Shown here: piece after piece, positions 19,561-28,486 of the stretch
Layout: every line of letters starts with the position of its first letter
How positions within the stretch are numbered: the stretch's first letter is position 1
NCBI GenBank assembly: GCA_963759115.1
Contig: CAVWXT010000002.1
Location: forward strand, 373,557-437,556
Source of the DNA: an uncultured Planctomycetaceae bacterium
GTDB lineage: Bacteria > Planctomycetota > Planctomycetia > Pirellulales > Thermoguttaceae
Direction of reading: 5' to 3'
DNA length: 64,000 bases
Notes under the pieces: generated by a model
What the model saw: the letters and a program-made list of their open reading frames with translations, nothing else
The model's database searches: none
What the model was told of the DNA's origin: nothing
Position numbers and translations under genes: made by a program

Positions 19561-20282
19561 TCGGTTGCGGCGGCGAGATGCCGCGACAGTTCGTTGGGGT
19601 GGTAGGTACAATGCCACCCCTCGCGGCCATACACAACATCACCTTGGATTTGCACCTTGAAACGCCCCGGGACTCCGGTCCCTGGGCGTTTTTCGCGCAA
19701 TTGAGTGAATCGGGAGTCGAAGCGGGGACGGGGGGGCGAAAGAGGACGCAGCTAATTTCCTTGTCCAACATCTCGCGTCACGCATCGTTGGTCATTCCTG
19801 AAAGAGCCTCTGGAGTCAAGGGCCTTCCGGTGAGTTGTTGGTGGTTGGATTTTGTTTTTGGGCACGTACATTCCCCGACAAAGCCACAAAGGGGCTTTTC
19901 TTGGTAGTTTGAATTGGTTGGGGGGATCGATGGCAGAGTTCAGTTGTCACGGTCATATGCGAGGTTGTTCGCGCCGTTCTTTTCCGTGCGGCGGCACCCC
20001 TACCCATTCCTTCGTGAATCCGTCTGCCGCTAGCGGCAGCCGTTCAGACCCCAACGGGCCTGACACCGAATATGCTTTGCGACCGTCTCGCAGAACACCA
20101 GCCGTCCCAATCAACAAAACGCTCGACAACAAGGCCGAGTCCATTGACCAACTCGGACTGACCAAGTGTCCGCGAGGGCCTCTCCTCGCTGCGAGGAGGG
20201 CCGATGCAACCGCTACTCTCCCTTCTGGCCTCCCTTGTTTTCTGTAACAGGTTCCCCGCCCACCTCTTCCTTCCTATAATTC

Positions 20283-21650
20283 CGCTGCTTGGTGAAGCGG
20301 AGTCGGGCTCTGCGGGGACGCAACCCGACAAGGAATAGCCAAGTCAAGGTGCGCCAAGAGCGTGCGGGGCCTCTGACGAGGGCTTCTCGCCAGGGGCCGT
20401 TTTCTTACCCCTTGGACACCTTGCCATCCCTCCGAAAATCCGCTGCCGCAAAGCACCATCGGGCGATCCTTTCGTGTTCAGCCGGATACGGCCATTCCCT
20501 CGCGTTGCTCTTGCCGGAGCCCGCCGACGGCATACGCCTCGTGGTACTTGACCATGTGCCAGATGATCGTCGCCAGTCGACGCATCACCGCCACGCGACC
20601 GATTTTCGCTCCCCGACGCTTCTTGATCCTCTGATACCAGGCCCTCATGCGCACATCCCGCCGCAGGACGTGCAGCGTGATCTGGGCCAGGATGAAGCGC
20701 ACTGTGGCACTGCCTTGCTTGGTGATCGAGCCCAGCCGGTCGGTCGCCTCGCCGGAATTCCGGCATCCGGGCGTCAGGCCCCAATAGCTGGCCAGACTCT
20801 TCGATCGCGGGAACCGATCAATGTCGCCGATCCGCGAAGCCAAGGCCAGGCTGCCGTAGGCCCCGGCACCCGGAATGCTGGCGATGACCGCCGCCGCCAC
20901 GTTCTCCGCCTGCCGCCGGCGAATCTCCGCCCCCATCTGCTCGATCTGCTCGTCGCACAGCTTCCACTCCCCCAAGAGTTGATCCATCTCCCGCCGGTCG
21001 ATCGGACTGAAGCACACCTGGGTCAGCCATTTCTTCCCCGCGATGGTGTCAATCCCCTTGGTGGGACACTCCTGCTCCAGATTGTGTTTTCGCAACAAAC
21101 GCTTGACGCGGTTGATGATTCGGGTGCGGGACTGCCCCAGACGCTGACGCCGGGCGGTGAGTTGGCGGTCCTGCGCGTCTTGCTCCGTGGGCGGCACCAC
21201 CCGGCGAATGCCTTGCACCTTCGTGCCCGCCAGCAACCGATGACGATTGACCCAGAGGATCTCGCCCAGGGCATTGGCGTCGCGGCGATCGGTCTTCTTC
21301 TTCGACTGCTTCTCGGGCTGAATGAGGATCGTCTCACGGCAGCCATATCCCGGCAACAGTTTCAACAGCCAGTCGTTAAAGCCGCAGACCTCCAAAATGG
21401 CGATGAAGCCGCCTTCCGGTTGGCTCTTCTGTCGCAACTCGGTGAAGAAGGCATGCACCCGTTTCCACTCCGTGCTCACCTGCCGTTTGTCGATCACGTC
21501 ACCGGTCTCCTGGCGAACATTCACGGTCAACTGCTTGCGGTGCTGGTCGATGGAAAGGTATAACATCTCTCGGTCCTCCTGTTTGTACTTTTGGTGGGTT
21601 CACCACGAACCACACCGTGAATAGTACCGGGAGGACCGCTCTTTCATAGA
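20283..21650 (-). mobile_element. IS110-family insertion sequence, copy 1 (boundaries approximate)
   Basis: Transposase gene plus 5' hairpin (GTGGTTCgtggtGAACCAC) upstream of the ATG. The 52-bp terminal block TGGTGAAGCGGAGTCGGGCTCTGCGGGGACGCAACCCGACAAGGAATAGCCA at 20290..20341 is identical to the block at 23321..23372. Confidence 0.7.
20478..21566 (-). CDS. IS110-family transposase (DEDD recombinase)
   Basis: 362 aa: MLYLSIDQHRKQLTVNVRQETGDVI... RDANALGEIL ... GAGAYGSLALASRIGDIDRFP...YWGLTPGCRNSGE, typical IS110/IS1111 N-terminal RuvC-like plus C-terminal domain. Confidence 0.85.
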   Translation of the reverse strand: MLYLSIDQHRKQLTVNVRQETGDVIDKRQVSTEWKRVHAFFTELRQKSQPEGGFIAILEVCGFNDWLLKLLPGYGCRETILIQPEKQSKKKTDRRDANALGEILWVNRHRLLAGTKVQGIRRVVPPTEQDAQDRQLTARRQRLGQSRTRIINRVKRLLRKHNLEQECPTKGIDTIAGKKWLTQVCFSPIDRREMDQLLGEWKLCDEQIEQMGAEIRRRQAENVAAAVIASIPGAGAYGSLALASRIGDIDRFPRSKSLASYWGLTPGCRNSGEATDRLGSITKQGSATVRFILAQITLHVLRRDVRMRAWYQRIKKRRGAKIGRVAVMRRLATIIWHMVKYHEAYAVGGLRQEQREGMAVSG

Positions 21651-21727
21651 ATCAACAAGAGCCTACTGCGGTAACGAAAACGATCCGCACGGCGGATCCC
21701 ACTTTACTTGCTTCCGTGGGGTGACTC

Positions 21728-22165
21728 GTGCATGGGCAATTTATAGAAATTGCGAAGAGCGCATTGTGGCCTTTCGTCGTTCTTTTTCTAAGTTGGCAGT
21801 ACAAGGATAATATTCGGCGCTCCTTCGAGCGCGTTTCTTCCGCGAAGCTACCGGGGGCGGAGTTCGGTTTTGGAGACCTGCCGCCTACGGCGACAAGCGC
21901 GGTGGCAGACAAAACGCCGGTCACACCATCCAATGCGACGGCAACGGTCGCGAATTGCGCGCCGTCGAAGGACGTCCGGCGATGGAGCTACTACTGGCTC
22001 GGCCACGATCTCATGTGGACCGAGGACGGACTTTACCGGGGTGCCTCGAAAGAGTTCATTGTTCACGGCTTGAGTACATCGCTTTCTCATTTGGGGTCTT
22101 CGGCAAAATCTGTGGGTGAAAAATGGGCCTACGGGGGATTCGTCCTGGCAAGGTGGATTTTCTGA
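21728..22165 (+). CDS. hypothetical protein in a low-GC island between the two IS copies
   Basis: 145-aa ORF; local GC is about 50% versus about 68% for the flanks. Confidence 0.3.
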   Translation: MHGQFIEIAKSALWPFVVLFLSWQYKDNIRRSFERVSSAKLPGAEFGFGDLPPTATSAVADKTPVTPSNATATVANCAPSKDVRRWSYYWLGHDLMWTEDGLYRGASKEFIVHGLSTSLSHLGSSAKSVGEKWAYGGFVLARWIF

Positions 22166-22824
22166 GGGATGGCAGGGCAAATAAATGACGGTGGAAACAG
22201 CCGCAAAACCGGGGTTTTCTTGTTGTGTAACGGCCCTCGTCGGGTCTCCCACATCTGCAACGCACGGACCTTTGCCACGGAAAAACGGGGATGGAATCTA
22301 TGAATCAGATCGTTGAGGCTCCCGAAATCACGAAAACCCCTGAAAATCCAGATTCAAACTGAGTTTCACGGCCCAAATCAACCCACAGATTCTGCCGAGG
22401 AGGCCTCATTTGGAGGCTATCGAGGTGCCGGATACCGATTTTAAGTCTAAGCTATCTACACTTCGCGAACGGGTCTCCGCGATGCTCGAAGTCGATCTCA
22501 ACCAAGGAACCAGAGGTCTCTTGCGCACGATATTGCGGAACTCAAGGTGCGCCTCGGCAAGTATATCAATGAAACCAATCGAGAGTGATTTTCCGGCAGC
22601 CGCCGGGACGGCTAAAGGATTGGGAGTGGAAGTGGGAACGGGGGACCAAGAGATGTCAGGAACCGACTCTCGGGAGATATCAGGTGATTCATTCCGGAAA
22701 TGGTTCCTGACACCTATTTCCGCTCCTGACACGTGTTTCCACTCCAGTTATGCCGCGGCCATAATTTCCCGCGGCACACGCCCCCGCGCGAAAAGGGAGT
22801 CAAGATTACGTGGAGCGCTAGGTT

Positions 22825-23229
22825 TTGTCACATAACGACGGGAGGGATCGAATGAGGCTCATGCGGAATCCACATAAGTGCGCTGCTTGCGGTCGCGAAC
22901 TTGATGGCCACCATAGGCACTGCATATCCTGTCGGTCAAAACTGCGGGCCACCGGTAAGTGTGAGTGGTGTGGCATGCTGCTGCCGTCCATCGGCGACGA
23001 CTACCGGCGCACACAGCCACGTGCGCTGAAGCGGAACGCGCGGAGATCGCGCGGCTTGATTTGGGCGACGAGCATTTCTCCGCGCGGGAGCGCGACGCCA
23101 ATGCGCGGGAGAACATCAGGGAGACCAAATTCGGGAGGGATGGCTGATGGGGTGTCCTCGTTCAGCGGAGTCGAGACAGGGACGGGGCTAGTCTCTAACC
23201 AAGCGGAGGAACAACGGGGTCGCCCATAA
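22825..23229 (+). CDS. hypothetical zinc-ribbon protein (low-GC island)
   Basis: CAACGRELDGHHRHCISCRSKLRATGKCEWCG, a 4-Cys-plus ribbon. Confidence 0.3.
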   Translation: MSHNDGRDRMRLMRNPHKCAACGRELDGHHRHCISCRSKLRATGKCEWCGMLLPSIGDDYRRTQPRALKRNARRSRGLIWATSISPRGSATPMRGRTSGRPNSGGMADGVSSFSGVETGTGLVSNQAEEQRGRP

Positions 23230-23314
23230 CCGCCGGCGTGTCAAGGCCCAGGCCAACGGATTTCTTGGGAAACTGCTAATTCGCTTGTCTCGCTGTTATA
23301 ATGTGTGTGCCTGG

Positions 23315-24800
23315 TGAAGCGGAGTCGGGCTCTGCGGGGACGCAACCCGACAAGGAATAGCCAGGTTAGGGCGGGTGAATGACCCGTGATGCCCTGGCGG
23401 TATCCACTGCCAGGGCAGTTTTGTCTCACCGACTCATTCATTTGCTCTACTATGCCTCCGAAAATCCGACCCTGCCAAACACCAGCACACCCGCCGCAAT
23501 TGGCAACGGCTTGTCACTCGTCGTCGCGCACCTAGTAGTCACCCATTCGTGCCGTCCGAGCCGAAGCCCGTCGCATATTGTATTGTTCACCGGTCACAGT
23601 GCCCAATCAGGAGGACAGTGCAGACTTGCGTCTCACGAGAACCCCTTTGCGGGCCAGCCGCGACCGTACTCGTGCGCGATATCGTGTTGCTCTCTACGCC
23701 GCCTGGTGGGCGTGCTCACGCTGCCAACGACGCAGCCGCTTCCAACATATCTCCGCCAGTTTGCGGGCCACCGCCACCCGTGCAATCTTTGCGCCGGATC
23801 GCTTCCGCACCCGCGTGTAAAAGTTCTTCAAGGCCGCGTCCTCGCGGATCGCCTTGATGGCCGCCTCCACGAGAATCCATCGCAACCACGTCGACCCTTG
23901 CCGTGTAATCGAACCGCGGTAGCAGTGTCCGCCCGACTGATGCACACGGCAGGTCAGCCCGGCGTACGCGCCGACCTGTTTTGCCATGCGGAAACGCTCC
24001 ACTTCGCCGATTTCCGCCACGATCAACAACGCCGAGTACAGGCCGATGCCGTGAATCTCGGTCAAGGCTTCCGCTTGCGGAAAAGCCGCCGACATCCGCG
24101 CGATGTGCCGGTCGATGATCGTCGCTTGCCGTCCGAAATGTTTCAATCGCGCCAGTAGTTCGTCGCGGACCAGATTCTCGATCCAGCCGAAGTCTTGCCC
24201 ACGAAACCAAGCTAAGCCGCGGACGCCGAAAGGAACCCGATAAGGGGCTTGCCGATTTTGCCTGGCCAACAAGGCCCGCAAGTGGATTTTCGCCTCGGCC
24301 AACTCGCGGCCCAGACGTGCCCGGCGGCGTGTCAGCTCGCGGAGTTGCTGGTACGGCTCCGGCGGAATGTAGGCCAGCGGAATCTGGTTGATCCGCAACA
24401 GGTTCGCCAACAATTGGGCGTCCAGCTTGTCCGTTTTGGTGCGTTGTTGTACCATAGCCCGCAGACGAAACGGATGGGCCAATAAGATCGTACCGTACGG
24501 TCGGAGCAGGTCGTACAGCCAGCGATACGTTGCGCTGGCCTCGATGACCGCCCGAAAGGATCCCAACGCCTGGACGACGTTCACGATGCTGGCGGTGTCT
24601 TCACAGCGAACGGTGACGGGCTTGATAACTTCGCCCGTGTCGTTCACGGCGGCAATCACCACGGTCTCACGGTGCAAATCGATACCCACGTGCCACATGA
24701 ATAGGTCTCCTTGTTTGGTGGAGGAAAGATGGATTCGTTACTGCTTCCATCCTACTCCACCAGCAAGGGGCCTATCACGCGGCGGTTATAGTATCAGGAG
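23315..24800 (-). mobile_element. IS110-family insertion sequence, copy 2 (divergent transposase, identical 52-bp end block)
   Basis: TATAAT then 9 nt then the conserved 52-bp block at 23321..23372; a longer 3' non-coding region with the cctccgaaaatccg motif shared with copy 1; hairpins upstream of the transposase ATG. Confidence 0.7.
23694..24698 (-). CDS. IS110-family transposase
   Basis: 334 aa: MWHVGIDLHRETVVIAAVNDTGEVI...KTDKLDAQLLANLL...IHGIGLYSALLIVAEIGEVERF... Confidence 0.85.
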   Translation of the reverse strand: MWHVGIDLHRETVVIAAVNDTGEVIKPVTVRCEDTASIVNVVQALGSFRAVIEASATYRWLYDLLRPYGTILLAHPFRLRAMVQQRTKTDKLDAQLLANLLRINQIPLAYIPPEPYQQLRELTRRRARLGRELAEAKIHLRALLARQNRQAPYRVPFGVRGLAWFRGQDFGWIENLVRDELLARLKHFGRQATIIDRHIARMSAAFPQAEALTEIHGIGLYSALLIVAEIGEVERFRMAKQVGAYAGLTCRVHQSGGHCYRGSITRQGSTWLRWILVEAAIKAIREDAALKNFYTRVRKRSGAKIARVAVARKLAEICWKRLRRWQREHAHQAA

Positions 24801-24825
24801 TCTTTAATTGCTCCCCTCACTCGGC

Positions 24826-24975
24826 GCGGCTCAGCTAACTTAGCTCAGGCACTCGCGTGCCTGACCACTCCCTCACGTGGCGTCCCGGACGGCCGTTCGA
24901 TCCCATTTGGCACAATTTCTGCCCTAGACAACGCCCGGCGACCAGCGCATCATAACGAGCGCGGGACGCTGTAGC
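24826..24975. repeat. about 140-bp repeat (copy A) flanking the ParE-Phd cassette
   Basis: About 88% identical to 25748..25880; contains GGCACTCGCGTGCC and ACGAGCGCGGGACGCTGTA. Confidence 0.6.
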
Positions 24976-24985
24976 CACAGCCACA

Positions 24986-25048
24986 GAAAAGGGGACATCA
25001 CTGATTACGGGACGTGATGTTCAGACATATCAGTGATGTCCCCTTTTG
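24986..25048. repeat. GGGGACA-family palindromic element (intergenic copy)
   Basis: AAAAGGGGACATCACTGAT ... ATCAGTGATGTCCCCTTTT. Confidence 0.6.
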
Positions 25049-25182
25049 TCTCGCCCGACGGGGGGACCGAACTGTTTCCAATTCTTGGGAGAACGCCATT
25101 GCCGCTACAGAGGAGTCGCGGCCCTGTGCTGGCGTGCGCGTCCTTACTGGACTGCCCGCACGGAGTATAATCGTATACAGGA

Positions 25183-25486
25183 GTGAGAGCCGTGCGATTC
25201 CAGGTGACCCTGACGCCCAGCGCGGATGAAGACCTCAAACATTACCGTGCATTCGAGCAACGAGCCATTGTCGACGCGATGAAGATTCACTTGAGGGCCG
25301 ATGCGAACGTCGAGACCAAGCGCCGAAAGAGATTGGCCGGACATCCGGTTGCACCCCTGGGAACTGCGAGTCGGCAACTATCGCGTCTTCTACGAATTGG
25401 AAGCGGAAACTCGCGTCAAGGTCGTTGCCGTTGGACACAAAGAACACAACGACCTGTTCATACGGGGAAAGATGGTGAATTTATGA
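25183..25486 (+). CDS. ParE/RelE-family toxin, frameshifted at about 25350
   Basis: MRAVRFQVTLTPSADEDLKHYRAFEQRAIVDAMKIHL.. in one frame, then WELRVGNYRVFYELEAETRVKVVAVGHKEHNDLF in the next. Confidence 0.5.
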
Positions 25487-25737
25487 CCAAAGTGGACGTG
25501 CGTCAAAGACCCGTCAGCGTCGATGAACTGCTGCAATTGGCCAGCGATGACGCAGTGCTCGTCGTCAGCCGCGACGGCCACGAGTTCGTCGTCGAGGCCG
25601 CGGATGCCTTCGACCGCGAGGTCGCTCGACTGGCCGAGAGCAGGAACTTCATGTCGTTCCTGGCCGAACGTTCCCGAGAATCCGGCAGCGTGCCGCTCGA
25701 AGAGATTGAACAACGCTTTGGCGCCGAGCCGCAATGA
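25483..25737 (+). CDS. Phd/YefM-like antitoxin located downstream of the toxin
   Basis: MTKVDVRQRPVSVDELLQLASDDAVLVVSRDGHEFVVEAADAFDREVARLAESRNFMSFL; ATGA overlap with the toxin stop. Confidence 0.5.
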   Translation: MTKVDVRQRPVSVDELLQLASDDAVLVVSRDGHEFVVEAADAFDREVARLAESRNFMSFLAERSRESGSVPLEEIEQRFGAEPQ

Positions 25738-25747
25738 CAGCCAACGT

Positions 25748-25880
25748 AGATCAGGCACTCCCGTGCCTGACATCTCCCTCACGTGACGTCCCGGACGGTC
25801 GTCCGATCCGCTTTGGCCCAATTTCTGCCCTAGACAACGCCCGCCGCCCGGCGCATCATAACGAGTGCGGGACGCTGTAT
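25748..25880. repeat. about 140-bp repeat (copy B)
   Basis: See 24826..24975. Confidence 0.6.
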
Positions 25881-25960
25881 CGGCAGCTTCTGCGGGGGCC
25901 TGCGGCGACGAACGTGAAATTGGAAATCTATCGCGTTGTTGAACAACGCAAGCGACGGCC

Positions 25961-26578
25961 ATGAACAAGAAACAACTGCTCGCTTCGCTCGAAGGGCAGG
26001 ACTCGTCCACGTTGATCGAGTTCCTGGAAGCGGCCTACGACCAAATGAACACCGACCAGCGGCGGGCGGTCTTCGGCAAAGCGGTGAAGAAGGCCAAGCC
26101 GCCGGCTGTCGACGGCAAGTCCCTGTTGGCAGACGTGAAGCATTTCCAACGCGATTCCCTGGCCCGCGCCTACTACGCCCCATTCGACATCAACTCGAAG
26201 AACTTCAGCCACGTTCCCGAGCAGACGAACGCCTGGTTTGACCGCCTCGGCGATTTGTTGAACGATTGCGCCCGCCTGTCGCAACAGGGCGACCACGCGG
26301 GCGCCGTGGAGTGCTTCCGAATCCTGTACGAGTTGGTCGAGGCGATGGGGCGCGGCGAGGAGATCGTATTCGCCGACGAATATGGCACGTGGATGATCCC
26401 CGTGGATGAAAGGAAGATCATCGCCGCGTATCTGGCGTCTCTGGCGGCGATCTCGACGCCCGAGCAATACGCCGCCGCCGCCCTGCCACTGGTGCGACGG
26501 GACAGCATGGAGTCGTTCAGCAAGAAGACGTACAGCGCGGCATCCGTGCCGCCAACAAGGCCCAGAAGGCGCGATTGA
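25961..26578 (+). CDS. hypothetical protein
   Basis: 205-aa ORF (MNKKQLLASLEGQDSSTLIEFLEAAYDQMNTDQRRAVFGK...); no recognisable domain. Confidence 0.4.
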   Translation: MNKKQLLASLEGQDSSTLIEFLEAAYDQMNTDQRRAVFGKAVKKAKPPAVDGKSLLADVKHFQRDSLARAYYAPFDINSKNFSHVPEQTNAWFDRLGDLLNDCARLSQQGDHAGAVECFRILYELVEAMGRGEEIVFADEYGTWMIPVDERKIIAAYLASLAAISTPEQYAAAALPLVRRDSMESFSKKTYSAASVPPTRPRRRD

Positions 26579-26754
26579 AAGCGGAGGTGCAGCCCGACGA
26601 CATTCCGCCGCGGCGGTGTGGCAATGACGAAGCGAACTGAAACGGCGTGCCGCTGGCTTTGCCAATGCTGTGGGCGTTTCACGGTCCCATCGAGGCTTGA
26701 GCAAGGATGGGAAACCGGCAGGGCAGACAGGAGGCAGAGCGACCGGCAGGGAGG

Positions 26755-26960
26755 AAGAAGTACGGAGTACGGAGTACGGAGTGCCAGGCAAGCAGCGCAG
26801 AGAGGGCAAGTGGTCGCTTCCTACTCCGTACTCCGTACTGGGTACTCGGTACCTGAGTGTTTCTCCCCCTTGTCAAAACGGCCCTCACTTGCTAGCCTGA
26901 CCCTGCACTTTACTTCACCTTGTATCCGCAGCACTCCGTACTTGGTACTCCGTACTCTTT
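26755..26960. repeat. inverted arrays of heptamer AGTACGG / CCGTACT tandem repeats upstream of the four-helix-bundle gene
   Basis: gaAGTACGGAGTACGGAGTACGGAGTgcc (26755-26790), then CTCCGTACTCCGTACTGGGTACTCGGTAC (26815-26850), then CACTCCGTACTTGGTACTCCGTACTC (26930-26960). Confidence 0.6.
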
Positions 26961-26978
26961 CTCGCCAAGGAGCCGCAC

Positions 26979-27461
26979 ATGCCCGCCGCACGGAGCTTTA
27001 CGGAGCTTCTGTTCTGGCAGCGGGCAAGACAATGGTCGAAACGGATCTTTCAGTGTACCGGCCGCGAACCGTTTCATGGCGACCGGCGCCTGACGGTGCA
27101 AATTAACGATTCCTCCGAATCGATCACGGCCAACATCGCCGAAGGGTTCGGCCGCGGCACACAGGGAGAGTTTGTCTTGTTTCTCGGCTATGCGATCGGG
27201 AGCCTCGACGAGACCCAATCGCATCTTTGCACCGCTTACGACCGCGAGTATCTGACAAAGACCGAGTTCGGCGAGCTTTTTCAGGAGGGGACGGAGATTC
27301 GCAAGATGACCGTCGGCTTCATTGGCTCGATGGTCAAGCCAGGGTCGGGCGTCAAGCACTTGCGCAAGATGCCGAGTTGGACCGAACAGGTTTGGGAGTT
27401 GTATGAGCGGACCACCGGCAAGCCTCGTCCGCCGCTATTTCAGCAACCGAAGCAGGAGTGA
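26979..27461 (+). CDS. four-helix-bundle protein (23S rRNA intervening-sequence protein family, TIGR02436-like)
   Basis: FTELLFWQRARQWSKRIFQ...SITANIAEGFGRGTQGEFVLFLGYAIGSLDETQSHLCTAYDREYLTKTEFGELFQEGTEIRKM. Confidence 0.7.
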   Translation: MPAARSFTELLFWQRARQWSKRIFQCTGREPFHGDRRLTVQINDSSESITANIAEGFGRGTQGEFVLFLGYAIGSLDETQSHLCTAYDREYLTKTEFGELFQEGTEIRKMTVGFIGSMVKPGSGVKHLRKMPSWTEQVWELYERTTGKPRPPLFQQPKQE

Positions 27462-27474
27462 GAGGGCGGCGTGG

Positions 27475-27600
27475 CGAGAACGAAGTACGGAATGAAGAGT
27501 ACGAAGTACGGAGTACGGAGCAGAAGAGTACGAAGTATGAAGTACGGCGCAGAGAGGTACGAAGCACGGAGTACAAAGCACGGGCAAAGAGTACGGAGTG
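27475..27600. repeat. degenerate AGTACGG/AGTACGA heptamer array downstream of the four-helix-bundle gene
   Basis: gaAGTACGGAATGAAGAGTACGAAGTACGGAGTACGGAGcagaAGAGTACGAAGTATGAAGTACGG... Confidence 0.55.
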
Positions 27601-27642
27601 CGCAGTACGGATGGTGCAAGTAGTCTCGTATGGGAGGATGCT

Positions 27643-28446
27643 ATGGACAAACTGACTCGAAGATCAATGTTGCGACGGTCGTCCGCTCTGGCGGGAGCGG
27701 CGCTGCTGCCGTCGGCGACGGCCCAGGCGCAAGAGAAACCCGCCGCGGCCGACCGGAAGCTGACGATCGTTGCCGTGGGTGGTCACTTCGACAACCCCCA
27801 GTCCTGTGCCGGCGGAACCTTGACTCTATTCGCGGACCAAGGGCACGAAGTGGTGGGGCTGTCGATCACCGGCGGACCGCCTCCTGCCCCCGGCGCAAAT
27901 CCCGAAGACCGCTCCGTCAAGAACCGTTTGAACGCCATGCGGATGGCGGAAATCCTGAAGATTCGGCTGGAGTGCCTGGACTATGTCGGCTCGAACAGCG
28001 GCCAGTTTTCGCCTTCCGTCGGCTACGCGACCGGTTGTGAAGTCTCGGGACAGCGGTATAAGGAATTCACGGAGATCCTGCTGGACAAGTACAAGCCGGA
28101 CCTAGTCTTCACCCACTGGCCGATTGATTTCCACATGGACCATCGGGCCGCTTCGCTGTTGACTTTTGAGGCCTGGTTGCGGGGCGGGAGGAAGTTCCCG
28201 CTCTATTACATGGAAGCGGAACTGGGGACCCAGACGCAGAACTTCTACGCCACGCATTACGTGGACATCACCTCCGTGGAGGAGCGCACGCACGAGGCGT
28301 GGAAGGCCGACACCTTGTGGTACGACGCCTGCTGGCCTCTCCACGACCGGATGCGGCGGATCCGGGGCGGCGAACACGGCTGCAAGGTGGCCGAGGCCTT
28401 CAACCACCACCCCCAAAGTCCGCGGGCGCCGGCGTTGCCGGCGTGA
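27643..28446 (+). CDS. PIG-L/LmbE-family N-acetylglucosaminyl deacetylase, TAT-secreted
   Basis: MDKLTRRSMLRRSSALAGAALLPSATAQA twin-arginine signal; HWPIDFHMDHRAAS; GGGAGG RBS. Confidence 0.7.
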   Translation: MDKLTRRSMLRRSSALAGAALLPSATAQAQEKPAAADRKLTIVAVGGHFDNPQSCAGGTLTLFADQGHEVVGLSITGGPPPAPGANPEDRSVKNRLNAMRMAEILKIRLECLDYVGSNSGQFSPSVGYATGCEVSGQRYKEFTEILLDKYKPDLVFTHWPIDFHMDHRAASLLTFEAWLRGGRKFPLYYMEAELGTQTQNFYATHYVDITSVEERTHEAWKADTLWYDACWPLHDRMRRIRGGEHGCKVAEAFNHHPQSPRAPALPA

Positions 28447-28486
28447 GCAGATTCGCATGATTTCACATTGCCTGGAGATGCCGAAC

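Noticed and set aside
19570-20280. tmRNA, RNase P RNA or 6S RNA in the gene-free low-GC segment
   Set aside because: No GGGGCUGAUUCUGGAUUCGAC / tRNA-like 3' end, no AGGAAAGUCC P4 motif and no obvious conserved structure. It is left as unexplained non-coding DNA.
24880-24900. tRNA-like T-loop (GTTCGATCC) in the 140-bp repeat
   Set aside because: No acceptor, D or anticodon arm could be built around it. A second copy has the motif mutated (GTCCGATCC). It is treated as part of the repeat.
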